Below, piece by piece: positions 28,326 through 37,700 of a DNA stretch of 64,000 nt; the first letter of the stretch is position 1; every line of letters starts with the position of its first letter. This DNA comes from an uncultured bacterium. Lineage in GTDB: Bacteria; Fidelibacterota; Marinisomatia; Marinisomatales; JABMOV01. The notes under the pieces are model-generated. The model saw only the letters and a list, made by a program, of their open reading frames with translations. It had not been told where the DNA came from and did no database searches. The translations under genes and the position numbers were made by a program. The stretch covers positions 71,790 to 135,789 of the forward strand of contig CAYFMT010000003.1 of assembly GCA_964344305.1 (NCBI GenBank). Reading direction: 5' to 3'.

Positions 28326-31300
28326 TTATTTAATCAGCATCATCTTTCTGGTTTCTGAATAAGTGTCTGTCATCATTCTTATGAAATACACACCACTGGG
28401 ATGTGAATCTGCGTTCCAGACAACCTTGTATTTTCCTGCAGGCTGATGTTCATGTATAAGTTGATCCACTTCGCGACCAAGTGTATTGTAGACAATCACC
28501 GATACAAATCCATCCTCTGGTAGATCATACCTCAGCTCTGTAGTGGGATTAAATGGATTTGGATAGTTTTGCGACAACGCATAACTGTCGGGTATTTCCG
28601 CTCCGATTATGATGGAAAGGATCTCTGTACTAACCTCGCTGGGATCACTTTCATTTCCATTGAAATCGGACGTGGTGACCATATACGAGTATGCATGACC
28701 TACAGTTACATTTGCATCCACAAAAATGGTGTCACCAGTCATACCTAATTCAGTAAAAGCACCGTTATCCACTGACCTGTACAAGGAGAAATGGTGGAAG
28801 TCTTCTTCCAGAGCTGGTCTCCATGATAATATGACTTCACCATTGCCTGGTTGTACATCAGCCATGAGCCCAACGGGTGGCATTGGATGGAGGTTGTCTA
28901 TGGAGTACCCGGCAAAGGGTTCTGAATCATAGAACTCCCACGGATTGAATGTGTGAGCCGTCACTCGGAAAATCGACCAGTAGGATTCATCCGGTCCGGT
29001 TATGTGGTTAGAATCAATCAATGTTGGTGCAACAACACTATAGGGTTCCATCCCATGATAGGGTACGGTTGTGATGTATTCCCAAAGCATGAAATCGTCG
29101 CCCTGCAACAGTCTCCATATACTGAATTCCGTCCAAGGCATATCACCAGGTGTATCTGCGGGATGCCATGCCACATGAACCTGTTTTCCCTGATCATTCC
29201 TCACATCAAAGATCGCCATAATCTGCGGATTGTGCATTGGCTGATATATTTCAAGCACGACACTTGCGGTATCATATTCATCCACGTAGACCATTTCATA
29301 TTGCGAATTTCCAAATCCTGGCGCATGGGCAATAACGTGGAAGGTATCGCTGGGAACATTCATGAAGAAATAACCATCAGTGGTGGTGGAAGCATAGCCC
29401 TCATAAAAATGTCCGAACGCATACACATCTGCACCAATGATGGGGGTACCCGTTTCTCCATCGTACACAAATCCCTCTATTCCAGCATTGGTAACAATTT
29501 CCTGTAAGTAGAAATCCATCTGGATATTGTTATTGTTGATGTCTATTAATTCCATTCCCTGGATATAGCCATCCTTCCACACATGGAGGCCGTACATTCC
29601 ATTTGGGAGGTCGAATTCGTAGTAACCATCAGGACCCGTCCACATTTCGTTCCAGAATGAGTCATTTCCAACCTGAACTTGAGCATCCGCCAATGGAGAA
29701 CCATTTTGATCATATATATATCCGAAGACCATTCCATCCACGGCAAATTGATCCAGGTAGAAATCCATCTGCAATGTATTGTTTTGGATAACAACATGTT
29801 CAAAGGTCTGCAGATAATAGCCTTCAGCACCAACATTCACAGTGTACTCACCGTTTGGGAGCGGTAAATAATAACTCCCATCTTCCCAGGTACCTGTTCC
29901 AAATCCATCCATATTGTTGTGAGCATTGACCCACGCTATTGGAAGGGGATCCATTGTAGCAGCATCGAAAACCATTCCTTCTATACCACCAGCAACGGTT
30001 GAGAGGTAAATATCAGCATTCATGTTTCCGGAAAATACAGGATTGGGATCAGAGTCAACGACAATATTGGGTGGCAAGTCATCCCAGTCTATTCCAATAT
30101 GGTACCCACCAAATTGATCTGCCATGGATGATACGGGTAATTCAAAGTATCCATTGTAATTCACCATGGTGGACGTCCATCCAATTTCGGACCAACCATT
30201 CATATCCACGCCACCCCATGGGGTACCGTCAAGGTATACGGTTCCGGCAATGAGATTGTCTGTGGAGTAAGCCATGAATTCTACCCAGAGAGTATCATCC
30301 TCAAATACGTCTACTGTTATGCCCTGTGGAACCAGAAAGTCTGGAAGCAGATCCCAGTCATGCAGACCCAGGTCCCAGGTTCCTTCTTCGAGTCCGATGA
30401 AAAAGTATCCATCTTCGTCCGTATCACTGAAATAGGGTTCATCCTTTACATGGACTTCAACATCCGGTATGGGCGTTCCCATTTCATCAAGAACTAATCC
30501 TTCAACACCTGATGTTGGAAGGTAAAAATAGAAATCAAATCCCATGAGGTGATCCACAACCGGTATATCAAAGTATGACGTGTCGGGGACCATACCGCCT
30601 GTAACATTAATGTAATCAAATGCCATGAGTGACCACAATCCTGAATCCGGCACAAAGTTCTGGAAGTTCCCACTGGCATCCGTCACCGTCATCCACTCAT
30701 CGGATTCTTCATCATCTCCCTCCATAGGGAATGAAATGATAATGATGTTGGCCATTGGGGGATCCACCTGGCCTGAGAATGAAAATGGGCTTTCCATTGG
30801 ATCAATATGCAGCGAAGCAACGTCAGAACTTGAATCCTCTATTGCTTTATAGAAAAGTGTCAGGTTTGAAACCATGTGGGGTCCATCGCTGTCATCAATA
30901 TATTCTTCATAAATCCCCATAGCAGGGTTTTCGTCATCCATGCCATTATCTACTATACTATGATATTCTTCCAGGTTGAAGTCCATGGCAGGATCCAAAA
31001 TGCCATCCCCATCCATATCAATCCACATTTCAGCATCAGCCTCGTAGACACCATCAGGAAAATCAACAGTAATGGTAAAGGGTTCTCCCTGAAGGATGAT
31101 AGCATCATCCATACCATTGATGAGTACATCAATTCCATCAGTTGTTGTTCCACCACTGCCTTCAAAATCTGTGGACCCATCATCCTGATAAGCATAGTTG
31201 AATTCGATCCATGGATTATTCCAATCAAGACCGGCTGAACCTGTGATCTCAACCAGAACGTAGTGGTGTGTGGTGCGCGTAAATACAACCCAGAGATTCC

Positions 31301-31904
31301 CTGGTTCTACAGGTTGGCCACCATTTCCACCCTGCCAGTCCCACGAGATGTCTGTCCAGGTTCCTGTACCTGTATCAGGCACAGACGACACCATATCCAT
31401 GGAGCTGTCTGGTGACAGGTAAAAAAGCGGACTTGGATTAGCAAACGCTGTTCCTAACCAGCTGTCGCTTCCAAAGTTTGCTCCTTCATTCCCTGACAGG
31501 ATTATATCCATTCCGAGGGTATCAGACCCATTCATCCCGGTAGCGAAATTGAAATACAGTGAGTCGGGATGATTGGCGATTCGACCTGATCCGTAGAAGA
31601 CACTTCGGTTTTCCTCTCGAGAATTGCCAGACCGGTCTGTCCATCCCATGGATAAATCCGGCAGTGAAATTTTCCTCGTTTGAGGACGTATCTTATGTTG
31701 ATCAGTCGAGATTTTTTCAGCAGTCGAAAAATGCTGAAACAGGTTTGATTGGTCATGCATCAGTTTCATTTGCTGCATGTCTTGTTGAATGTCAACTGGA
31801 GACTGTTGGATTGCTTCTGTTTCCCCGGCCATCATCATAGAACAAAACACCATGATTGAAATACCCAGGACAGTTCTCATTGACTTCATGTATTTAGTAA
31901 ACAT
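28326..31904 (-). CDS. Large acidic T9SS-sorted secreted protein with repeated CarboxypepD_reg/Cna-B-like beta-sandwich modules
   Basis: The track ORF starts at GTG 31910. AAGGAGA abuts that GTG, so ATG 31904 (MFTKYMKSM..) is better spaced. Repeated GxEGxVxD..G.P...A.V modules (GVEGLVLDEMGTPIPDVEV, GIEGMVFDAATMDPLPIAWV, VDGMVFGYIYDQNGSPLADAQV, GIEGFVYDGETGTPIIGADV). FN3-like segment. C-terminal NYPNPFNPTTELRYDL...SGVYFIRM...KMMLIK. Confidence 0.85.
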   Translation of the reverse strand: MFTKYMKSMRTVLGISIMVFCSMMMAGETEAIQQSPVDIQQDMQQMKLMHDQSNLFQHFSTAEKISTDQHKIRPQTRKISLPDLSMGWTDRSGNSREENRSVFYGSGRIANHPDSLYFNFATGMNGSDTLGMDIILSGNEGANFGSDSWLGTAFANPSPLFYLSPDSSMDMVSSVPDTGTGTWTDISWDWQGGNGGQPVEPGNLWVVFTRTTHHYVLVEITGSAGLDWNNPWIEFNYAYQDDGSTDFEGSGGTTTDGIDVLINGMDDAIILQGEPFTITVDFPDGVYEADAEMWIDMDGDGILDPAMDFNLEEYHSIVDNGMDDENPAMGIYEEYIDDSDGPHMVSNLTLFYKAIEDSSSDVASLHIDPMESPFSFSGQVDPPMANIIIISFPMEGDDEESDEWMTVTDASGNFQNFVPDSGLWSLMAFDYINVTGGMVPDTSYFDIPVVDHLMGFDFYFYLPTSGVEGLVLDEMGTPIPDVEVHVKDEPYFSDTDEDGYFFIGLEEGTWDLGLHDWDLLPDFLVPQGITVDVFEDDTLWVEFMAYSTDNLIAGTVYLDGTPWGGVDMNGWSEIGWTSTMVNYNGYFELPVSSMADQFGGYHIGIDWDDLPPNIVVDSDPNPVFSGNMNADIYLSTVAGGIEGMVFDAATMDPLPIAWVNAHNNMDGFGTGTWEDGSYYLPLPNGEYTVNVGAEGYYLQTFEHVVIQNNTLQMDFYLDQFAVDGMVFGYIYDQNGSPLADAQVQVGNDSFWNEMWTGPDGYYEFDLPNGMYGLHVWKDGYIQGMELIDINNNNIQMDFYLQEIVTNAGIEGFVYDGETGTPIIGADVYAFGHFYEGYASTTTDGYFFMNVPSDTFHVIAHAPGFGNSQYEMVYVDEYDTASVVLEIYQPMHNPQIMAIFDVRNDQGKQVHVAWHPADTPGDMPWTEFSIWRLLQGDDFMLWEYITTVPYHGMEPYSVVAPTLIDSNHITGPDESYWSIFRVTAHTFNPWEFYDSEPFAGYSIDNLHPMPPVGLMADVQPGNGEVILSWRPALEEDFHHFSLYRSVDNGAFTELGMTGDTIFVDANVTVGHAYSYMVTTSDFNGNESDPSEVSTEILSIIIGAEIPDSYALSQNYPNPFNPTTELRYDLPEDGFVSVIVYNTLGREVDQLIHEHQPAGKYKVVWNADSHPSGVYFIRMMTDTYSETRKMMLIK

Positions 31905-32016
31905 CTTCACTCTCCTTGTCCGACGATTAAATGTGGAAAAACTTACCGGACTATCCGATTTGGGATTGTGATAATAGTCACTGTAAATCTGAGAGTATGG
32001 TTTTGTTTGATCTAGA

Positions 32017-32301
32017 TCAAATCAGGAAGGATTGATCGGCGAATTTTGCCAGATCAAAATCAAGATGGGTGATTCCATTTGCATCATGGGTGGACAGGGA
32101 AACAGTCACCTGACAATATCCAATTAATATATCAGGATGGTGACCCATTGTTTCAGCCTGTTCTGCAAGTTTATTCACAAATGAAATACTATCAAGATAG
32201 GACTCAAATTGGAACGTCTTTTCAATGACCTCTCCTGTATATGACCATTCAGGAAAGTCATTGAGTCGTTGTTTAATATCTGCTTCTGTGAAAGGGTTCA
32301 T
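32017..32301 (-). CDS. phhB: Pterin-4-alpha-carbinolamine dehydratase (PCD/DCoH)
   Basis: 94 aa. W....I.K.F.F..........NKLAEQAETMGHHPDILIGYCQVTVSLSTHDANGIT..D is the PCD signature (GHHPD). Confidence 0.85.
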   Translation of the reverse strand: MNPFTEADIKQRLNDFPEWSYTGEVIEKTFQFESYLDSISFVNKLAEQAETMGHHPDILIGYCQVTVSLSTHDANGITHLDFDLAKFADQSFLI

Positions 32302-32302
32302 A

Positions 32303-33649
32303 CTATGTTGCCGGGATCAGTTTCTGAAACACTGACCGAAGCCAGATAACACTAATGGTTATGGCCACAACCGAAGATACCATCATGGAATACCAAACCC
32401 ATTCCACAGGTTTACCCATGACTTGAGTAAATAGGATGGCAAGAGGGACCGAAACTATGAGTACACGGGTAAGCGTGATGATCAATTGGGGCATACCGTA
32501 TCCCAATCCCTGCAAGGTTCGACCAACATTCATCCCGATAGAAATCAATGGATAAATAATGCTGATCAATTTCAGGTATTTAGTTCCAATCGCCAGGATT
32601 GCCTCGTTTTCAGTGAAAATAGTCATGATCCATGGCGATGAAATAAAAATAATGACCGATAGGACCACCGTAATTGTGAAGGCGCGACTAATGCCATACC
32701 GAACGGTTATTTTCAACAGATCAAACTCCTTTGCACCGTAAAACATACCAACAAGTGTTGTTAGAGCCGTTCCAATTCCCATGATGGGCAGAAAAATAAT
32801 CATGTCGACACGACCAGCAACCTGGTAGGCCGCCACTGCTTCAGATGAAAATGAAGCAAGAATTCTGTTAAATACACCCCCACCTGTTGCCATAATGACC
32901 ATGGATAGGGATGCAGGAATGCCTACCTTGATGATATCTAGAATGATTTCACTTGAAAAATGAAAATCCTTCATTTTGAAAGAGACATAGGTATGATCTT
33001 TGACGAAAAGCATGTATGAAAATATAAGGAATACGGTTATTTGACTGATGGCAGTTGCGACCGCGGCCCCCTGTACACCCATTTCCAGATAAAAAATAAA
33101 GAATGGATCAAGGATAATATTCAAAATCGTTCCAAATCCTGCTACATACATGGGGAGTTTCATATCCCCCTCTCCGGATAGAATGGATCGAAAGAAACCA
33201 GAGAAAACCATAAACGGCAAACCCAAGCATATGATTTTCAGGTATTGCCAGCCATAAATCAGTATCTGGTTTTCCGCTCCAAGGAATTGAAGCATGGTTT
33301 CACCTCGCCAGAAACCAATCCCACTGAGTGTTGTGCTAATGAGTAGAGCAATTAACAGTGCGTGCTCTGCAGCATTGTCAGCGCTCCTTTTCCGATCTGC
33401 TCCAATGTACCGTGCTATGGTTGCCGTTACGCCTGCACCAAGTCCCATGGTCATTCCAAGTACCAGGAAGAACAGTGGCATATTAAAGGCAACAGCAGCG
33501 ATGGCATCTCCACCAAGGCGGCCAATGAAAATCATATCAACGACAGTATAAACCGTGTGGACAGCCATCCCTGTCATGACGGGGATGGCCAATGTCCAAA
33601 TTGCTTTCTTGGGATTGCTTTTAAATGTATCCAGGCGTGATGTTTTCAT
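32303..33649 (-). CDS. MATE-family multidrug/toxin efflux transporter
   Basis: 448 aa with about 12 TM helices. N-terminus ..AIWTLAIPVMTGMAVHTVYTVVDMIFIGRLGGDAIAAV is typical of the MatE repeat. Confidence 0.85.
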   Translation of the reverse strand: MKTSRLDTFKSNPKKAIWTLAIPVMTGMAVHTVYTVVDMIFIGRLGGDAIAAVAFNMPLFFLVLGMTMGLGAGVTATIARYIGADRKRSADNAAEHALLIALLISTTLSGIGFWRGETMLQFLGAENQILIYGWQYLKIICLGLPFMVFSGFFRSILSGEGDMKLPMYVAGFGTILNIILDPFFIFYLEMGVQGAAVATAISQITVFLIFSYMLFVKDHTYVSFKMKDFHFSSEIILDIIKVGIPASLSMVIMATGGGVFNRILASFSSEAVAAYQVAGRVDMIIFLPIMGIGTALTTLVGMFYGAKEFDLLKITVRYGISRAFTITVVLSVIIFISSPWIMTIFTENEAILAIGTKYLKLISIIYPLISIGMNVGRTLQGLGYGMPQLIITLTRVLIVSVPLAILFTQVMGKPVEWVWYSMMVSSVVAITISVIWLRSVFQKLIPAT

Positions 33650-33778
33650 TGGTACTGCATTTGTTGGAGGCGGCGAATATACACACGGACTTCCCTATGG
33701 TATCCGATACTATTTAGATCAATGTAATAATAGTCGATGCGATAAAATGGAAACCACCAACGGTGGTTGAGATTATCC

Positions 33779-33988
33779 TCAGGTAAACCCGGAAGATGGG
33801 TTGCAACCAGCCCCTGATGAGATTGTACTTCCTTTTCCTACAGAAACCATGGGGGCACTTAGCAATCGTTTGGATGTCCTTTCTCCGCAATTCGGACATG
33901 ATATTTCGCTGTCATCAACAGAACTGGAAAAAACCAGTTCCTCAAATACATGCTCACAAGTCAAGCATTTATAATCAAACATCGGCAT
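33779..33988 (-). CDS. FmdB-family zinc-ribbon protein
   Basis: 69 aa. MPMFDYKCLTCEHVFEELV...ISCPNCG (CxxC...CxxC). AGGAGA upstream. Confidence 0.8.
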   Translation of the reverse strand: MPMFDYKCLTCEHVFEELVFSSSVDDSEISCPNCGERTSKRLLSAPMVSVGKGSTISSGAGCNPSSGFT

Positions 33989-34153
33989 GAGATTTTTCTC
34001 CTGCTTCTCTTGGTGAGTTCTTTTTGGCTTCGTTCATTTCATCCACCGGATGCATAGTTGGAGACTGTCATGTAGGCACTCCCATTTTTGGCAGTACAAT
34101 TCTGTTTATTACATACCACGCTGCAAAAATGAGGATGATGGACAACGTGTCGC

Positions 34154-34540
34154 TCATACAGCATCCACAGATTCCTTCAGGAGTGCATTGACATGTTGTG
34201 CGACTTCATCCATGCCATCTATCTCAGTAATGGATAGCATTTTCCGAGCATCAATGGCTGAAATTGTTGTTGTTGTGTCCTCATTCTCCCAGAGGATAAC
34301 ATTGCATGGCAACAACAATCCCACTTCCAATTCTGTTTTAAGTGCCTGATGGGCTATGGGTGGATTACATGCTCCAAGGATTTTGTATTTTTGAAATGAG
34401 ACATCAAGTTTCTCTTTCATGGTCTTTTTGACATCAATTTCCGTAATGACCCCAAACCCATTTGACTTCAATGTCTCACGAATCTTTTCATCTGCCTTTT
34501 CGAATGGCATGGAAATCTGTCTCTGATACCCATAATTCAT
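34154..34540 (-). CDS. DUF302-domain protein
   Basis: FGVITEIDVKKTMKEKL...YKILGACNPPIAHQAL......LLPCNVILWE matches the DUF302 pattern. I use ATG 34540 (MNYGYQ), 1 nt after the upstream stop, instead of the track start 34597. Confidence 0.7.
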   Translation of the reverse strand: MNYGYQRQISMPFEKADEKIRETLKSNGFGVITEIDVKKTMKEKLDVSFQKYKILGACNPPIAHQALKTELEVGLLLPCNVILWENEDTTTTISAIDARKMLSITEIDGMDEVAQHVNALLKESVDAV

Positions 34541-34541
34541 A

Positions 34542-34751
34542 TTAATTCTTTTCTCGTTTATCGGAAGGAAATGCCCATAACAATCCCACCAATGCACCGT
34601 AAGCCGTAGAGTTTAACGGATCGCTGGTAATACCGCAGGTTCCTGTCCTACATCCAATAAAGGCGTAAAAACCATACCCTAATACGGCACCGATGAGAAC
34701 ACCGAGACTCATGGCCTTCCAACGTGCTTTAATGTTTTGAATAAGTTTCAT
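34542..34751 (-). CDS. Small two-helix membrane protein with GCxxGxCG motif (DUF6132-like)
   Basis: 69 aa. LGVLIGAVLGYGFYAFIGCRTGTCGITSDPLNSTAYGALVGLLWAF. The family name is recalled from memory and held with low certainty. Alternative start at ATG 34712. Confidence 0.5.
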   Translation of the reverse strand: MKLIQNIKARWKAMSLGVLIGAVLGYGFYAFIGCRTGTCGITSDPLNSTAYGALVGLLWAFPSDKREKN

Positions 34752-34929
34752 TTAATCCTTTGATGATGGAATCAATATTTGTTACACCTTTTTCTTCAGC
34801 CTGTTCTCGAATGGTGCCCCAGATGGGTTCGCCGCATCGAATGCATACTATACCGGATTCTGCAAGTGGACGTACAGCTTCTGGATAGTCACGAACCACA
34901 TCTTCAATGTACATGTCTGCTGTAATCAA
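34729..34929 (-). CDS. DUF1858 / hybrid-cluster-protein-associated redox-disulfide-domain protein
   Basis: 66 aa. MITADMYIEDVVRDYPEAVRPLAESGIVCIRCGEP...TIREQAEEKGV..DSIIKGLN (CxxC). Confidence 0.65.
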   Translation of the reverse strand: MITADMYIEDVVRDYPEAVRPLAESGIVCIRCGEPIWGTIREQAEEKGVTNIDSIIKGLNETYSKH

Positions 34930-34940
34930 TATCTGCTTCC

Positions 34941-35186
34941 TTATTTTAAATCCAGCACTTTGAAAAGTCGATCTGATACATCCTCAGGAATTTCCTGATC
35001 ACTCTCCGCTGATCGATACAGCTTTATTGTCTGCTGGACACTGTCCACATAAATTTTACAATCTGGACATTCTTCCATATGATTGGCCACTTCCTGGATA
35101 ATGTCTGCATCGAAATTTTTCCCTAGCTGTATCTCAACCATATCCAGAATGTCTTTTTTGTGATGATGTCCAGGTTTATGCTTCAT
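34941..35186 (-). CDS. Soluble zinc-binding anti-sigma factor (ZAS, HxxxCxxC)
   Basis: 81-86 aa (ATG 35186 or GTG 35201). ANHMEECPDC is the HxxxCxxC motif. A His cluster GHHH lies ~27 residues upstream. No TM segment. Overlaps the sigma gene's 3' end. Confidence 0.7.
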   Translation of the reverse strand: MKHKPGHHHKKDILDMVEIQLGKNFDADIIQEVANHMEECPDCKIYVDSVQQTIKLYRSAESDQEIPEDVSDRLFKVLDLK

Positions 35187-35781
35187 CAGGTAACCCCACA
35201 CATTTAAGATGATTTGCCAGTTGATCTCGTAAAAACAGCCTCGCTCTCATGAGTCGGACTTTCACATTTGCTTCAGAAATGTTCAGCACCGTACTGGTAT
35301 CACGAGTGGACATATTCTCTAAATCCCTCAGGACAAACACGGTTCTGTAATTGTCAGGTAATTCTTCCATTGCCTGGGATAGACAGTGTCTGAATGATTC
35401 ATCATCCAGTTTTTCTTCCAGATGATCTGGCCAGTCACTTAACTGATATCCCTTGAAAGTCTGGAATTCAGGTTCATCAATTGATACTGTTTTATCCGAC
35501 TGTTTCTTCTCACGCAGTTTTCCCAATGCCACATTAGTAGCCACACGATACAACCATGTGTAGAAAGATGACTTTCCTGAAAAGGTGTGGATTTTTTTCA
35601 TCATGAGGATAAATGTCTCCTGCAGGACATCTTCTGCATCCTCTTCATGGCGCATAATGCGTAAAGCCAGGCTGTATATCCTTGAGGAATAGGTCCTGAC
35701 CAGAGTTGCGATGGCTGCCTTATCACCGGATTTGGCTTTCTCCACTACAGTCGTTTCATTAAAAGATTCATTGGGTTTCAT
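35176..35781 (-). CDS. ECF-type RNA polymerase sigma-70 family factor
   Basis: 201 aa. Region 2 (EDAEDVLQETFILMMKK..FYTWLYRVATN) and region 4 HTH (YRTVFVLRDLENMSTRDTSTVLNISEANVKVRLMRAR). Confidence 0.9.
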   Translation of the reverse strand: MKPNESFNETTVVEKAKSGDKAAIATLVRTYSSRIYSLALRIMRHEEDAEDVLQETFILMMKKIHTFSGKSSFYTWLYRVATNVALGKLREKKQSDKTVSIDEPEFQTFKGYQLSDWPDHLEEKLDDESFRHCLSQAMEELPDNYRTVFVLRDLENMSTRDTSTVLNISEANVKVRLMRARLFLRDQLANHLKCVGLPDEA

Positions 35782-35838
35782 GTTACGGCGATCTGATTAC
35801 TTCGGATTTGATGAAATGATACTGGATTGGTTACACGA

Positions 35839-37641
35839 TCAGGCCGGGCTAAATGGCCAGAGAGTTGGGATCATGATTATGGCCAAAAACCACAAGATAA
35901 ATGCCAGAGGGATACCCATTCGAAAATAATCCTTAAACTTGTATCCTCCTGGTCCATACACCATCAGGTTGGTTTGATACCCTACCGGAGTTATGAACGA
36001 TGCAGAAGCGGCAAAACAAATCACGAAGACAAAAGGTCTTGGATCCAGTCCCATCTGGGCAGCCAGGGATAGTGCCACAGGTGTCATGATAATTGCAGTG
36101 GCTGCGTTAGAGGATATTTCTGTCAATATCATGGTGAGAAGATATAGCAGGGCTATTAATACATAAGGTCCCAGATCAGCCGGGAATGAACTGGACAGAG
36201 TGATCAACCATCCACCAATCCATTCAGCCGTCCCAGATGATTGAATGACGGTCCCCAGTGGAATAAGTGCGGCTATCAGGATGATGACCTGCCAGCGTAT
36301 GGCACGATAAGATTCATTGGGTGTGATTAGTTTTAAAACCCATAAAACGGCAACGGCAATGAGGGCACCTTTTAGAATGGGAACTATCTGGAATGCTGCC
36401 AGCAGTACAATGAATACTATCAATGAGAGACTCATCCACCAGAAACGATGTTTCACGAGCTTGGATTTCACTTCCTCAAATACAATGAAGTCGCCACTGT
36501 TTCCCATGGATTCGATTTTGTCTTTTGGACCATAAACCAGCAATGAGTCAAATGCAGAAAGAATTGTATGAGCGATTTTTTTCCTAAGGATTTCCCCCTC
36601 TTTACGTATCGCAAGGACAAAGGTCCCAAATCGTCTTCTAAAATTGATTTCCTTTAAATTTTTACCGATGAGATCGGAACTTTGGGTTATGAGCAGTTCC
36701 ACTAAAAGGTTGTCCCTGTGTTCTAGCTCTTCCTCATTCAATTTCTGGTCAGTAAGCATGGCGACTTTTTCAACCTCCCGCATGCTCACAAAACTATCCA
36801 GAGATCCCCTGACAATTAGAATATCCCCTGGTTCAAGGACCGTATTTCTAATGTTGGACGTGATATGCTGCCCCGATCGCAGGATGTCTATTACTGTTAC
36901 ATCATAATTGTGGTTCAAATTACGTTCAAGACAAGTCCGTCCAATCAAAGGGGAATCTTCTAGGATTTTTAATTCAGTTAAGAACCCTCCCATGTGATAG
37001 GATTTTGTTAAACTGGTTGCAACAGTTCGGGAAGGCAATAATCGTCTGGAAAACAGAATGATGAATGTAATTCCAACCCCAACGATGATCACACCATACT
37101 TTGTGAATTCAAACATGCCCAATGGGCCTTGCCCGGGATATTGAATCAGGATGGAATTCACAAGAAGGTTTGTGGATGTTCCCACCAGCGTCATGGTTCC
37201 ACCCAGAATGGCGGCATAGGACAGTGGAATTAACAGCTTTGATGGACTCATGCCATAGGATTGTGCAATTCGGATGGTGACTGGAATGAATATGGCTACA
37301 ATGGCTGTATTGTTGACTAATGATGATGCAATGGCAATAGAGACCAGGTACACAATTAACCCTAAAGTCATGGATCTGGAAATCATTTGGTTTATCTTTA
37401 CAACCATGTATTCAAGCACATGGGTTTTTTCAATGGCGCTGGTTAGAATAAATAATAGTGCGATTGTAATGACCGCAGGATTCGCAAACCCGGAAATAGC
37501 TTCTTCTGGAGAAAGAAAGCCACCAATCAATAGCAAGGCAAGAATGAATACTGCTGTGACATCAATGGGGAATTTTTCTGTTACAAACAGAAGGAATGCC
37601 AGAAAAACAATGGCAAGGACGATGGCAATTTCGATAGTCAT
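35839..37641 (-). CDS. SLC13/DASS-family anion permease with two central TrkA-C (RCK-C) domains
   Basis: 600 aa. Hydrophobic halves flank two TrkA-C-like segments (VTVIDILRSGQHITSNIRNTVLEPGDILIVRGS and FVLAIRKEGEILRKKIAHTILSAFDSLLVYGP). Confidence 0.8.
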   Translation of the reverse strand: MTIEIAIVLAIVFLAFLLFVTEKFPIDVTAVFILALLLIGGFLSPEEAISGFANPAVITIALLFILTSAIEKTHVLEYMVVKINQMISRSMTLGLIVYLVSIAIASSLVNNTAIVAIFIPVTIRIAQSYGMSPSKLLIPLSYAAILGGTMTLVGTSTNLLVNSILIQYPGQGPLGMFEFTKYGVIIVGVGITFIILFSRRLLPSRTVATSLTKSYHMGGFLTELKILEDSPLIGRTCLERNLNHNYDVTVIDILRSGQHITSNIRNTVLEPGDILIVRGSLDSFVSMREVEKVAMLTDQKLNEEELEHRDNLLVELLITQSSDLIGKNLKEINFRRRFGTFVLAIRKEGEILRKKIAHTILSAFDSLLVYGPKDKIESMGNSGDFIVFEEVKSKLVKHRFWWMSLSLIVFIVLLAAFQIVPILKGALIAVAVLWVLKLITPNESYRAIRWQVIILIAALIPLGTVIQSSGTAEWIGGWLITLSSSFPADLGPYVLIALLYLLTMILTEISSNAATAIIMTPVALSLAAQMGLDPRPFVFVICFAASASFITPVGYQTNLMVYGPGGYKFKDYFRMGIPLAFILWFLAIIMIPTLWPFSPA

Positions 37642-37700
37642 TTCAGTCGCTCACCTGTTGAATAAGCTGGGTGATCATAATAAGGTTATGAATCTATTAA

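Noticed and set aside
32006-32021. 16-bp perfect palindrome TTTGATCTAGATCAAA overlapping the PCD stop codon
   Set aside because: It is AT-rich, would form at most a 6-bp stem, and has no flanking T-run on the relevant strand. That is too weak to call a terminator or operator.
33752-33768. Hairpin AACCACC-AAC-GGTGGTT just downstream of the FmdB gene
   Set aside because: A 7-bp stem with a 3-nt loop followed by only a broken T-run on the minus strand (TCCATTTTA). It is plausible but marginal as a terminator.
35782-35838. Search for an ECF-type autoregulatory promoter (GAAC-N16-CGT-like) upstream of the sigma gene
   Set aside because: Only a GTAACC-like element is present, with no correctly spaced -10 CGT element. 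A promoter cannot be supported from sequence alone.
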